NCBI GenBank assembly: GCA_963723495.1 | Contig: CAVRQR010000006.1 | Span: 498,107 to 562,106, forward strand | DNA length: 64,000 nucleotides | Reading direction: 5' to 3' | Source: an uncultured Acidobacteriota bacterium | Lineage (GTDB): Bacteria > Acidobacteriota > Vicinamibacteria > Vicinamibacterales > UBA2999 | Part shown: in pieces, positions 10,118-20,198 of the stretch | How the letters are laid out: the number at the start of each line of letters is the position of its first letter | How positions within the stretch are numbered: position 1 is the stretch's first letter | The notes under the pieces: generated by a model | What the model saw: only the letters and a program-made list of their open reading frames with translations | Database searches by the model: none | What the model was told of the DNA's origin: nothing | Made by a program: the position numbers and the translations under genes

Positions 10118-11404
10118 CGCAATATCTTCATCGTTCCGTTGTCGAGCGAGGAGGCGACTGACCCGTCGCGTTTCGGCCCCAAATCCGCCAACCTTGCGGC
10201 GCTCGGGCGCGCCGGGCTGCGGATTCCGGACGGCATCTGTCTCGATGCCGCGGCATATCGGCATCAGGTCAGCGCTCTCGGTCTCGACGAGGCCGCACGC
10301 GGTGTCTTTGGCAGCGACGATCCACATCAGGCCCGACAGCACGCGCTCAGCATGAAGCTGGGCCTGCTCGAGCAGCCGATCGATCCGCTCGTGCTCGGGC
10401 CGCTGCTTACGGCGTGGCGCGGCCTGGTCGATCGCACGCAGGCGCTCACGGTAGTGCGCTCGTCAGCGCTCGTCGAGGATCGCTTCGGATCGAGTTTCGC
10501 CGGACAGTTCGAGAGCTATCTTGGTCTCGAAGAGGAATCCGAATTCGTGACCGCAGTGAAGTCGTGCTGGACCGCGCTGTGGTCCACGCGCGCGTTGCGC
10601 TACATGGCCGGTCACGACCTCGATCCCGCCGACACGGCGATGGCCGTGCTCGTGCAGCCGCTCGTTCACGCACGCGCGGCCGGGGGAGGGCTCAGTCAAA
10701 CCGCCGACGGCGGGATGCTCGTCAACGCGACGCTCGGCCTCGGGGCATCGATCGCGCAGGGCGAGGTGACGCCGGACCGCTTCGAGCTCGATCGCGACGG
10801 ATCGGTTCTCCACGTCGCGCCGGGCCGGAAGGATCACGCAATCAGCTGCGGTCATCGCCGCGCCCCCTCGACCGAGGCGGTATCGGCAGCGCGAGCGATC
10901 GAGCCATGTCTCACTCACGCCGGCGTCTCGCAACTCGCCGGTCTGATGCGACGGGCCGAAGATGTGCTCGGTCTCCCTGTCGAGATCGAGTGGGCCATGG
11001 ACGATGAGGGGTTCACGATGCTGCAGGCGAGGCCGCTGCACCTGCAAGCGCCGCATGTGCCGGACGACATCTGGCTGCAGCATCCGCGCCTGAACGGTCA
11101 CCCTGCTGGCATCGGCTGGGGCGCCGGTCGCGCCGTCGTCATCAATTGCGAGTGCGAGATCGGCAGGATCGCGCCGGGTGACGTGCTCGTCACGCGCGTC
11201 GCAGGACCAGCGCTCGGCCATATCCTGTCGCAGGTGTCGGGGGTCGTCACCGAACGCGGCGGCAGCACGTCGCACTTCGCATCGCTGGCACGCGAGCGCG
11301 GGATTCCCATGGTTCTCGGTGTCGCGGATGCGACGAGGCGAATCCCGGACGGCGCGCAGGTAGCTGTTGACGGGGTCGCAGGGATTGTCCGCTGGATCGC
11401 TTGA
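10112..11404 (+). CDS. PEP-synthase-like protein: ATP-grasp (PPDK_N) plus phospho-His swivel domain, no substrate-binding domain
   Basis: GPKSANL, VRSSALVED..SFAGQFES, EIEWA..LQARP and GGSTSHFASLARERGIP; start could be GTG 10103 or 10112. Confidence 0.8.
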   Translation: MNRNIFIVPLSSEEATDPSRFGPKSANLAALGRAGLRIPDGICLDAAAYRHQVSALGLDEAARGVFGSDDPHQARQHALSMKLGLLEQPIDPLVLGPLLTAWRGLVDRTQALTVVRSSALVEDRFGSSFAGQFESYLGLEEESEFVTAVKSCWTALWSTRALRYMAGHDLDPADTAMAVLVQPLVHARAAGGGLSQTADGGMLVNATLGLGASIAQGEVTPDRFELDRDGSVLHVAPGRKDHAISCGHRRAPSTEAVSAARAIEPCLTHAGVSQLAGLMRRAEDVLGLPVEIEWAMDDEGFTMLQARPLHLQAPHVPDDIWLQHPRLNGHPAGIGWGAGRAVVINCECEIGRIAPGDVLVTRVAGPALGHILSQVSGVVTERGGSTSHFASLARERGIPMVLGVADATRRIPDGAQVAVDGVAGIVRWIA

Positions 11405-11477
11405 AACACGGCAGTTCGGCGAAGGCCATTTGGCCTCTGCCCTTTGACCGACGAGTAGTGCAGATATACTCCCCCGC

Positions 11478-12519
11478 ATGAAATCTGTCGCCGCCTGGCG
11501 TCGCGACCGTGCTCGTGATGAGCATGGTCCTCGCTGAGGGCCAGCAGCTTCAGAAGGTCACACTCAACTACCCGACGAGAAGCGGCGCGTCGTGGCCGCT
11601 CTTCATCGCAAAGGAAGGCGGCTACTACCAGAAGCAGGGGCTGGACGTGACGCTCGTCTTCGCCGGTCATCCCGCCGGCATCGCCATGGTCGTCAGCGAT
11701 CAGGCGCAGATGAGCAGTTACAACCTCGAGTCTGTGATGCAGGCCAGTTCCCGAGGTGATGCGCCCTTCGCCGTCGTCGGCGCGTCGCTCAACAAGGCCT
11801 ACTTCGCGTTGATGGCGAGGAAGGACGTCGCCAGCGTCACGGAACTCAAAGGCAAGACATTCGCGGTGAGCCAGATCGGCGATCCGCCTTACAACTACAC
11901 GAGCGCATTCCTCCGCAAGTTCGGCATGAGCCCACGCGACGTGCAATGGATCGCCGCCGGCGCCGACGCCACCGGACGCGCCGCCGCGCTGTCGAGCGGT
12001 CGTGCCGACGCGACGCTCCTGACGCCTCCGGCGTACTTCCGGCTCGAGGAAGCCGGTTTCAAGAATCTCGGGAATCTCGCCGATCACGACGACATCTTTG
12101 CCGCGACGACCTATTTGATGAAGAAGACCACGATCGCGGCGAACCCTCGTCTGCCCGAACAGATCATCAAGGCGCAAGCCGAGGCCATCAAGCGCTTCTA
12201 CGACGACAAGGCGTTCGCGGTAAAGGCGTATCAGGCGTACGACAAGCAGGCCACGGCCGACGTGGAGCGTCTCTACGACGGTTACTCGAAGGCCAACGTG
12301 CTCGAACGCGTGCCATACGTGCTGGCTCCTGCTCTGCAGGCCGTGATCGATCAGCAGAGCGACGCCAAGCTGCTCGCGCAGATGAAGGCGTTCGATTTCC
12401 GGACGGTGATCGACAACAGCATCGTCTCCCGACTCGTCCAGGAAGGGTTCTTCCAGAAGCTGTTCGGTCCGGGCATCAAGGCCGAAGAAGATCGCAAGTC
12501 GAAGATTGCATTTCGGTAA
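11478..12519 (+). CDS. NMT1/SsuA-type ABC substrate-binding protein (probable frameshift in the signal peptide)
   Basis: WPLFIAKEGGYY..GLDV, ELKGKTFAV and AALSSGRADA; ATG 11478 is in a different frame from the 11509 ORF. Confidence 0.75.
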
Positions 12520-12607
12520 TGGGGTCGGGGGTCATTTGAAGTGGACAGTCACATGGAGTTAACGGCGGTGAGCGAAGTGTCCTCTTTAAATGACCCCCGA
12601 CCCCGTT
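12518..12607. repeat. Inverted-repeat element (20-bp arms, 1 mismatch)
   Basis: AATGGGGTCGGGGGTCATTT (12518-12537) and AAATGACCCCCGACCCCGTT (12588-12607). Confidence 0.75.
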
Positions 12608-13710
12608 ACAAAGCTGATCACGTCGGCAGCTTGCTCCGGCCTCAGGAGACTTCTCGACGCTCGCAGCAATCCCTCGCTGAGCTCGGGATCAGCTCCGCGA
12701 GATCGAGGACCGGTGCATCCTGCGCGCGCTCCAGCGTCAAAAGGATCTCGGCTTCAGGATCTTCAGCGACGGCGAACTGCGTCGGAGTCAGTTCATGGGT
12801 GACTTCTACGACTCTGTCGAAGGGCTGGACAAAGACGGATCGATTGCCCGGGCGTGGAAAGGAAATTCGGATCGTGCGACCGGGGCTGGACTGCTTCAGT
12901 TGACCGGTCTCGTCGTCGACAAGATCAGACAGACCAGAGCGCCTTACCGGGCACGAAGTCGACTTCCTGGCGCGACACAGCCCCGGCGCCTTCAAGATGA
13001 CGCTGCCCACGGCGAATCAGTTCCCTGCGATCGCCTACCGGAAAGGGTTGAGCGAACGCGCCTACCCGACATATTCCGACTTCCTCTGGGACGTCGTGCC
13101 CATCATCAGGTCCGAGATTCAGGCGCTCGTGAACGAAGGCGTCACCTACGTACAAATCGATGCGCCTCGTTACAGCTATTACGTCGATCCCAAGTGGCGG
13201 GACTACATCAGGAATGAAATGGGTGTGTCTCCTGACGATGCGCTCGACGAAGCGATTCGCGTGGACAACGCCTGCCTCGAAGGCGTGCGGCGTGAAGGCG
13301 TCACATTGGCTATTCACCTCTGTCGAGGAAACAGCCGAAGCCAGTGGTATGCGGAGGGGGGCTACGATCCCATCGCCGAGAAGCTCTTCAACGCGCTCGA
13401 CGCCGACCTCTTCCTGCTCGAATACGAGTCCGACCGGGCGGGGACATTCGAGCCGCTCCGTTTCGTGCCGCCAAACAAGGGGGTCGTGCTGGGTCTCGTC
13501 AGCAGCAAAGTGCCGCAGCTCGAGTCACAGGACCTGCTGTGCCGCCGAATCGACGAAGCGAGCCGGTATGTGCCACTCGACAACCTGGCGCTCAGCCCGC
13601 AGTGCGGGTTCGCCTCGACTCTCGAGGGCAACCTGTTGACCGAAGACGAGCAATGGCAGAAGCTGCAACTCGTCGCCGACACGGCGCGAGCAATCTGGAA
13701 CAGGACCTAG
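12553..13710 (+). CDS. Cobalamin-independent methionine synthase II family (MetE C-terminal-like) protein, about 3 frameshifts
   Basis: KADHVGSLLRP, SDGELRR, YVQIDAP, Zn ligands HLCRGN / LEY / SPQCGF; frame breaks near 12648, 12686 and 12940. Confidence 0.8.
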
Positions 13711-13712
13711 CT

Positions 13713-14687
13713 ATGCCGCCATTTCACATAACCGTTTCCGATTCTGTCTTTCCGAACCTGGACCCGGCCCGCCAGGTGCTCGCGTCGATTGGCGCCGAGC
13801 TTCGCATGGCCGACACCCCGACGCCCGAGGGCATCGTCGCCGCGGCTGCCTCGTCTGACGGGTTGCTCGTGACGTACGCCAAGATCACGGCCGAGATGAT
13901 TCAGAAGATGCCGAAGTGCCGGATCATCTCGCGGTTCGGAATCGGCGTGGACAACGTCGACATCGAAGCGGCGACTGCCAGGCGCATCGTGGTGACCAAG
14001 GTGCCGGACTACTGCATCGACGAGGTCTCCGATCACGCGATGGCGCTCCTGCTGGCGCTCGTCCGCAAGATCCCCTCATCGAGCGCGCGGACGCATGGCG
14101 GCCGCTGGGAGATGAAGGCGGTCGTGCCGATCCATCGGCTGCGCGACAGCGTGCTCGGCCTCGCCGGGTTTGGACGGATTCCACAGCTCGTCGCACCGAA
14201 GGCCAAGGCATTCGGTATGAAGGTCATCGCCTGCGATCCCTTCGTGCCGGAGGACGTGTTCAGGAAAGCGGGGGTCGAACGCGTCGAGCTCGCGCAGTTG
14301 ATGGCGACGTCCGATTACATCTCGATTCACACACCGCTTACGCCCGAGACACGGCATCTCTTCAATCGAGAGACGTTCGGCCGGATGAAGCGTGGAGCGT
14401 ATGTGGTGAACACTGCACGCGGCCCGATCATCGACGAGGCTGCGCTGGCCGAAGCACTCGACTCCGGGCAGATCGCCGGAGCTGCGCTCGACGTGATGGC
14501 GCAGGAACCGCCGCCCCCGTCGCCGCTCTTCGGGCGCGACAACGTCATCATCACGCCGCATACGAGCTTCTACTCCGAGGAATCACTGATCGAGCTGCAG
14601 GTGAAGGCGGCGCAGGAAGTCGTCTCGGTGCTCAGCGGCAACGCGCCGCGGAATCCCGTCAACCCTGAGGTCCTCGCACACCGATGA
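13713..14687 (+). CDS. D-2-hydroxyacid dehydrogenase (PGDH/CtBP-like)
   Basis: GIGVDNVD, GFGRIP, VNTARG, ALDV..EP and TPH motifs. Confidence 0.9.
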   Translation: MPPFHITVSDSVFPNLDPARQVLASIGAELRMADTPTPEGIVAAAASSDGLLVTYAKITAEMIQKMPKCRIISRFGIGVDNVDIEAATARRIVVTKVPDYCIDEVSDHAMALLLALVRKIPSSSARTHGGRWEMKAVVPIHRLRDSVLGLAGFGRIPQLVAPKAKAFGMKVIACDPFVPEDVFRKAGVERVELAQLMATSDYISIHTPLTPETRHLFNRETFGRMKRGAYVVNTARGPIIDEAALAEALDSGQIAGAALDVMAQEPPPPSPLFGRDNVIITPHTSFYSEESLIELQVKAAQEVVSVLSGNAPRNPVNPEVLAHR

Positions 14688-15700
14688 AAGCCATGCTCCT
14701 GACGGCGCCCGGGGAACTGGTTCGCGACGATGTGGCGCGGCCAGGACCCGAGCAGGGCCAGTTACTCGTGCGCGTAACGCACAGCGGAATCTGCGGCACC
14801 GACTACAAGATCTTCAACGGCGCGATCCCGGTGCAGTATCCGCGAATCATGGGGCACGAGATGGCCGGCGAGGTCGTGGATCCCGGCAGCAGCGCGCTTC
14901 GCAGTGGCGACCGGGTCATCGTCGATCCACAGTTGTATTGCCGGACGTGCTTTCATTGCCGCATCGGGCAGACCCATCTGTGCCGCAACGGGATGCTGGT
15001 CGGCCGCGACCGCGACGGCGGCTTCGCGGAGTACGTGACGGTTCCGGCAAGCCATGCGTTTCCGCTACCTGGATCCGTCGAAACACGGGTCGCACCGCTC
15101 ATCCAGGTGCTGACGACCTGTCTGCACGCACAGCGTCAGATCGACATCTTCCCTGGCGAGTTCGTGGTGGTGCTCGGCCTCGGCGTCACCGGCCAGCTCC
15201 ATGTACAGCTCGCGAAAGCACGCGGGGCCACCGTTATCGGCGTCACGCGCAGCGCCGACAAGCGTGCGCTGGCAGAGACACTTGGCGCTGACATCACGAT
15301 TCCGGGTGGTGACGAGGCAGTGGCGCGAGTGCGCGAGGCGACAGAGGGACGCGGCGCCGACGTGATCGTCGAGACCACCGGTGTCGTCTCATCGCTCTCT
15401 TCGGCCATTCACATGGCCCGCTCGGGTGGGCGACTGCTGCTGTTCGGGATCATCACGGCCAAAGAGGGGGCACTCCCCTTCTACGATTTGTATTTCAAGG
15501 AACTCGCCCTCATCAACGCGCGCGTCGCCAAGAGCGAGGACTATCCCGCATCGATCGGCCTCGTCGAACGAGGCCACGTCAAGCTGGAGCCGCTCGTCAG
15601 CGACGTGAAGCCGCTCGACGATCTCAAGGCAGCCATCGGCATGCTCGGCTCGGACAGCGGCGCGCGAATGAAGATCATCCTGGAGCATGGACGGAATTAA
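14684..15700 (+). CDS. Zn-dependent MDR alcohol/polyol dehydrogenase
   Basis: GICGTD, GHEMAG, structural Zn C..C..C.......C and GLGVTG. Confidence 0.9.
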   Translation: MKAMLLTAPGELVRDDVARPGPEQGQLLVRVTHSGICGTDYKIFNGAIPVQYPRIMGHEMAGEVVDPGSSALRSGDRVIVDPQLYCRTCFHCRIGQTHLCRNGMLVGRDRDGGFAEYVTVPASHAFPLPGSVETRVAPLIQVLTTCLHAQRQIDIFPGEFVVVLGLGVTGQLHVQLAKARGATVIGVTRSADKRALAETLGADITIPGGDEAVARVREATEGRGADVIVETTGVVSSLSSAIHMARSGGRLLLFGIITAKEGALPFYDLYFKELALINARVAKSEDYPASIGLVERGHVKLEPLVSDVKPLDDLKAAIGMLGSDSGARMKIILEHGRN

Positions 15701-15715
15701 GAACGGGAGGAAATC

Positions 15716-16363
15716 ATGAAGCGAGTCGCCGCCATCTTGTTCGTCGCAGCCATCCTGGCACCACCGATCGCAAGCGGCCAGGGGACGAGTGCCGTTCCTC
15801 TCGACAAGGCGACCGTCTCCAAGGACGTCGCGCAGCGGACGCTGATGAAGAACCAGATCAGCGCCTCCATCGCGCGCCAGATTGTGGATGCCTGCGTCGA
15901 CTTCGCCCGCAATCAGCAGGGCGGTCCGGGCAACTACGCGATCTTCGTGCTCGCACCGAACGGGGACATCGTCGACGCGCATGTCATGGACGGCGTGCTG
16001 CCAATTGGCGTCGAGACTGGTTTGCTGAAGGCGAAGACAGCCCTCTATGCGCGCACTCCCTCGAGCGCCGTCGCGCAGCGCTTTTCCGATGTCGATGGCC
16101 GCGTGATTCGACTCGATCTCGGCAAGGACTCCGGTCTGGCCTACTACTTCGTGGGCGGCGGACTTCCAATCGTCGTGGAGAACAACCTGATCGGCGCCAT
16201 CGGTGTCGGCGGCGGAAACATGGACGAGCAATGTGCTTATCAGGCACTGACCAAGGTGCTTGGGCCGCAACCGCCGCTCCCGACACCTGCGGGCCGCGGC
16301 GCACCGAGCGGTGCAGCACCAGCTGGCGGCGGTGCTGGCCAGGGTGGTCGCGGGGGCAAGTAG
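15716..16363 (+). CDS. Secreted GlcG/HbpS-family heme-binding protein
   Basis: Signal peptide; KAKTA and GGGLPI..IGAIGVGG motifs; Gly-rich tail. Confidence 0.75.
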   Translation: MKRVAAILFVAAILAPPIASGQGTSAVPLDKATVSKDVAQRTLMKNQISASIARQIVDACVDFARNQQGGPGNYAIFVLAPNGDIVDAHVMDGVLPIGVETGLLKAKTALYARTPSSAVAQRFSDVDGRVIRLDLGKDSGLAYYFVGGGLPIVVENNLIGAIGVGGGNMDEQCAYQALTKVLGPQPPLPTPAGRGAPSGAAPAGGGAGQGGRGGK

Positions 16364-16369
16364 CCATAG

Positions 16370-17224
16370 ATGGTCTATCTCGTCACTCAGACCCTGAACG
16401 GTCTCTTTTCTGCAGCATTGCTGTTTCTGATCGCCAGCGGGCTGACGCTGGCGTTCGGGGTGATGCGGATCGTCAACATCGCGCACGGGTCCTTCTACAT
16501 GCTCGGCGTCTACGTCGCGTACACCGTGACGGCGCGGACGTCGAGCCTGCTTGCCGGGACGCTGGTCGCGCTCCTCGTCGTTGCCGTCGTTGGCTTTCTC
16601 ATGCAGCGCCTCTTCCTTCGGCGCTTCGCGTCCCAGCCGCTGGCGCAGATGATGATGACGATGGGCTTCGCGCTCTTCTTTCGAGACGCCGCGTTGATGA
16701 TCTGGGGAGGCGACCCGTTCACGTTGACAACGCCGCGGTGGCTGACGGGCTCGATGGAAATCGGAGCGATCGTCTTCCCGTGGTATCGCCTGTTCGTCAT
16801 CGTCGTGGCAGCACTGGTCGGCGTCGGCCTGTGGATCGTCAATGACCGTACGTTGATCGGTGCGCGTGTCCGCGCAACGGTAGACGATCCCGAGATCGCC
16901 GCCGCAACCGGCATCAATGTCGCGCGACTCTCGGGCGCGGTCTTCGCCGCGGGCGCGGCGCTGGCGGCGTTTGGCGGCGTGATGGGCGGGCCGATCCTGG
17001 GCGGCTATCCAGGAATGGATTTCGAGCTGCTGCCGCTCGCCTTCGTCGTCGTGATCATCGGCGGCATGGGAAGCTTGAAAGGCGCGCTGATCGGCGCGAT
17101 CGTCGTCGGCATGATCGACAACTTCGGCAAGGCACTCGTGCCGGAGCTCTCCTACTTCACGCTCTTCGCGCCGATGGTGCTGATGCTCGCCCTCAAGCCA
17201 ACGGGATTGTATGGCCGAGCGTAG
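16370..17224 (+). CDS. livH: Branched-chain amino acid-type ABC permease
   Basis: GLTLAFGVMRIVNIAHG and VVIIGGMGS motifs. Confidence 0.9.
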   Translation: MVYLVTQTLNGLFSAALLFLIASGLTLAFGVMRIVNIAHGSFYMLGVYVAYTVTARTSSLLAGTLVALLVVAVVGFLMQRLFLRRFASQPLAQMMMTMGFALFFRDAALMIWGGDPFTLTTPRWLTGSMEIGAIVFPWYRLFVIVVAALVGVGLWIVNDRTLIGARVRATVDDPEIAAATGINVARLSGAVFAAGAALAAFGGVMGGPILGGYPGMDFELLPLAFVVVIIGGMGSLKGALIGAIVVGMIDNFGKALVPELSYFTLFAPMVLMLALKPTGLYGRA

Positions 17225-18158
17225 AGCCCAGGCACTCGACTGGAGGCTCCCTCTCGCCGGGCTGTTCGCTGTATTCCTCCTGTTCGCTCCCCCGTTCTTG
17301 TCTGCCTACTGGGTGGGACTTCTGACGCAGGCCGTGATTCTCGGCATCCTCGCCATGAGCCTGGACCTGCTGATCGGCTACACAGGCCTTCCCTCCCTGG
17401 GTCATGCGGGATTTTTCGGCGTCGCGGCGTACGGAGTCGGCATCCTGTCGACGACCTATCAGGCCGGCGTCGTCACGTCGATTGCCGGCGGATTCGTCGC
17501 CGGCACGGGCCTCGCCGCGCTGTTCGGGCTCATCGTCTCGCACGTGCGCGATGTGTACTTTCTGATGATCACCATGGCGCTCGGCATGGTGCTGTGGGGT
17601 CTGAGCTTTCGCTGGATTCCAGTGACCGGTGGCGACAACGGCATCTCCGGCATCCCTCGCCTCGAGGCGCTGATTGGTCTGCCGACGACAGGCCCTATTC
17701 CCTTCTACTACGTTGCGCTGGTCGTGTTCGCCGCGTGCATCGTGCTGTTGATGGTGCTCGTGAAGTCACCGTTCGGCCTCACGCTTCAGGGGATCCGCGA
17801 ACACGAGCCCCGGATGAGAAGCCTGGGATTCAACACGTGGCTGCACGGCTATCTGAGCTACGTCTGCGCCGGCGCGTTCGCGAGCGTTGCCGGCATCATG
17901 TGGGCCTACTACAACGGCTTCGTCAGCCCGACGTATCTGGACCTGACCGCCTCGTCGGAGCTCTTTCTGATGGTTACGCTTGGCGGGCCCGCGACGCTCG
18001 TCGGCCCGGTGATCGGGGCGGGCGCGATCGTGATCCTGAAGAACGTGATGAGTGCGTATACCGCCAGGTGGCTCCTCATCCTCGGCATCGTCTACATCGT
18101 CACGATCCTGTGGGCGCCGCAGGGATTGTGGAATCTGGGGAAACGCAGGTCCGGCTAA
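17211..18158 (+). CDS. livM: Branched-chain amino acid-type ABC permease
   Basis: GYTGLPSLGHAGFFG and TGGDNG motifs. Confidence 0.9.
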   Translation: MAERRAQALDWRLPLAGLFAVFLLFAPPFLSAYWVGLLTQAVILGILAMSLDLLIGYTGLPSLGHAGFFGVAAYGVGILSTTYQAGVVTSIAGGFVAGTGLAALFGLIVSHVRDVYFLMITMALGMVLWGLSFRWIPVTGGDNGISGIPRLEALIGLPTTGPIPFYYVALVVFAACIVLLMVLVKSPFGLTLQGIREHEPRMRSLGFNTWLHGYLSYVCAGAFASVAGIMWAYYNGFVSPTYLDLTASSELFLMVTLGGPATLVGPVIGAGAIVILKNVMSAYTARWLLILGIVYIVTILWAPQGLWNLGKRRSG

Positions 18159-18225
18159 GAGCCGGACGCGACGTACGATGACGCCCACGCCTGGTTCAAT
18201 CGTAGTGTCCGGCTTCAGCTGGACC
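18148..18225. repeat. Pair of REP palindromes (GTAG.GTCCGGCTTCAGCCGGACC family)
   Basis: Reverse copy at 18148-18172; forward copy GTAGTGTCCGGCTTCAGCTGGACC at 18202-18225. Confidence 0.7.
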
Positions 18226-18228
18226 CGA

Positions 18229-19431
18229 ATGGTCGCCGTGTTGCTGGCCCTGGTCTGCGCGGCGACGTTCATCGCTGCTCAAACCAGCGATTCACAGCCG
18301 CCGATCAAGATCGGATTCATGGTGCCGCTCTCCGGCGGCAACGCGCAGAACGGCAGGGACATCCTGAACGGGTTCCTGATGTACCTCGATGAGATCGGCT
18401 ATCGCGCCGGCGGGCGCCGCATCGACCTCATCGTGGAAGACGATGAAGCGATTCCAGCGGTGGGACTGACGAAGGCACGAAAACTCGTCGAGCGTGACGA
18501 GGTTCACGTGATGGCTGGTGCCCTGCTCTCGTCAACCGGATATGCGCTCGCGCCGTACATCACGTCGATGAAGATTCCGATGGTGTACCCCGTGGTGTCG
18601 GCAGATGACCTGACGCAACGACGGCGGAGCGAATGGATCGTCCGTACGGGCTGGAGCGGCAGCCAGCCGAACCACGCCTTTGGTGAGTACGCGTATCGCA
18701 CGCTCGGCATCCGCTCGGTCGTCACGATCGCGCTCGACTACGCCTTCGGGTGGGAGTCGGTGGGCGGCTTCGAGCGAACGTTCGTGGCGTCAGGCGGCCG
18801 CGTCCAGCAGAAACTGTGGGTTCCGCTGTCGGCTCACGATTTCGCACCGTATCTCGCGCAGATCCCGCGTGATGTCGACGCCGTCTACGCCCTGCTGCTC
18901 GGGCGAACGGCCCTTCAGTTCATGCGGCAGTATCAGGAGTTCGGCCTGAAGGGGCGGGTCAGGCTGATCGGCGGTGGCACGACGACCGACGAACACGTGC
19001 TGCCATTCATGGGCGACGAGGCGCTCGGTACGGTGACGGCACTGCACTACAGTGCCGCGCTCGACACGCCGGCGAACAAGGCGTTCGCGGAGACCTATCG
19101 CGCCCGATTCAAGAAGGTCCCGAGCTACTACTCGGAAAGCATGTACACCGGCGGCAAGTGGCTCGTCGCGGCCATCAATGCCATCGACGGCCGCGTCGAA
19201 GATCGGGCGGCTCTCGTCGAGGCCCTGCGCCAGGTGAAGCCGGCAGACCTTCCACGCGGCCCGGTGGAGCTCGACGCTTACGGCAATCCGATCGAAAACG
19301 TGTACATCCGCCGAGTCGAGCGCGTGAACGGGGAGCTGCAGAACACCGTCATCGACACCTTCCCGAGGGTCTCGCAGTTCTGGACCTTCGACCCGAATCG
19401 CTACCTGAGCGAACCTCTCTATGCCAGGTAG
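18229..19431 (+). CDS. LIV-family (PBP1) ABC substrate-binding protein
   Basis: PIKIGFMVPLSG, VEDDE and DYAFGWE motifs; start at 18178 or 18229. Confidence 0.85.
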   Translation: MVAVLLALVCAATFIAAQTSDSQPPIKIGFMVPLSGGNAQNGRDILNGFLMYLDEIGYRAGGRRIDLIVEDDEAIPAVGLTKARKLVERDEVHVMAGALLSSTGYALAPYITSMKIPMVYPVVSADDLTQRRRSEWIVRTGWSGSQPNHAFGEYAYRTLGIRSVVTIALDYAFGWESVGGFERTFVASGGRVQQKLWVPLSAHDFAPYLAQIPRDVDAVYALLLGRTALQFMRQYQEFGLKGRVRLIGGGTTTDEHVLPFMGDEALGTVTALHYSAALDTPANKAFAETYRARFKKVPSYYSESMYTGGKWLVAAINAIDGRVEDRAALVEALRQVKPADLPRGPVELDAYGNPIENVYIRRVERVNGELQNTVIDTFPRVSQFWTFDPNRYLSEPLYAR

Positions 19432-20194
19432 CCCGCTGGGTACGCCTTGCCTTCAACTCGAGCGAGTGTCCCGTCATTTCGGCGGTCTGAGGGCCGTGGA
19501 CGATGTGACGCTCGCCGTGGAGCCGGGCGCGCGGCACGCCGTCATCGGTCCTAACGGCGCTGGAAAAACGACGCTGTTCAACATCATCAGCGGTGAGTTC
19601 CCACCGAGCAGCGGCACGATCACGTTGAACGGAAGCCATATCACGAAGCTGACCCCGCATCAGCGGGCAGCGCTCGGCATTGCGCGGACGTTTCAGATCA
19701 CGCGCCTGTTTCCGGAACTTACCGTGATCGAGAATGCACTGCTCGCCTGCGCCGCGCTCGATCGTCGCAAGTTCACGATGTACCGGCCGCTCTCGAGTTA
19801 CCACGAGTTCACGGAACGAGCGGCGAACCTGCTGGAGCAGTTCGGGCTCTCGAACGTCACGCACGAGCAGGCGCGCCACATTTCCTATGGCGCGCAACGC
19901 CGTCTCGACGTGGCGCTGTCGCTTGCGGGACGGCCACGGCTGCTGCTGCTCGACGAGCCGATGGCGGGACTCTCGAGCCCGGAACGTGTAGCGATGCGCG
20001 AACTTCTCGCGCAGCTCGACGCATCGATCGCCATTCTGCTCATTGAGCACGACATGGACGTCGCGTTTTCCTTTGCCTCGCGCGTCACGGTGCTCCATCA
20101 GGGGCGAGTCCTCGCCGATGGATCGCGCGATGAGGTGAGTGCAAACGACCTGGTCCAACAAGCCTATCTTGGCGCGGTAGGCGGCAATCATTAA
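19421..20194 (+). CDS. livG: ABC ATP-binding protein
   Basis: GPNGAGKT, ARTFQ, LLLDEP and IEHDM motifs. Confidence 0.9.
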   Translation: MPGSPLGTPCLQLERVSRHFGGLRAVDDVTLAVEPGARHAVIGPNGAGKTTLFNIISGEFPPSSGTITLNGSHITKLTPHQRAALGIARTFQITRLFPELTVIENALLACAALDRRKFTMYRPLSSYHEFTERAANLLEQFGLSNVTHEQARHISYGAQRRLDVALSLAGRPRLLLLDEPMAGLSSPERVAMRELLAQLDASIAILLIEHDMDVAFSFASRVTVLHQGRVLADGSRDEVSANDLVQQAYLGAVGGNH

Positions 20195-20198
20195 GCAG

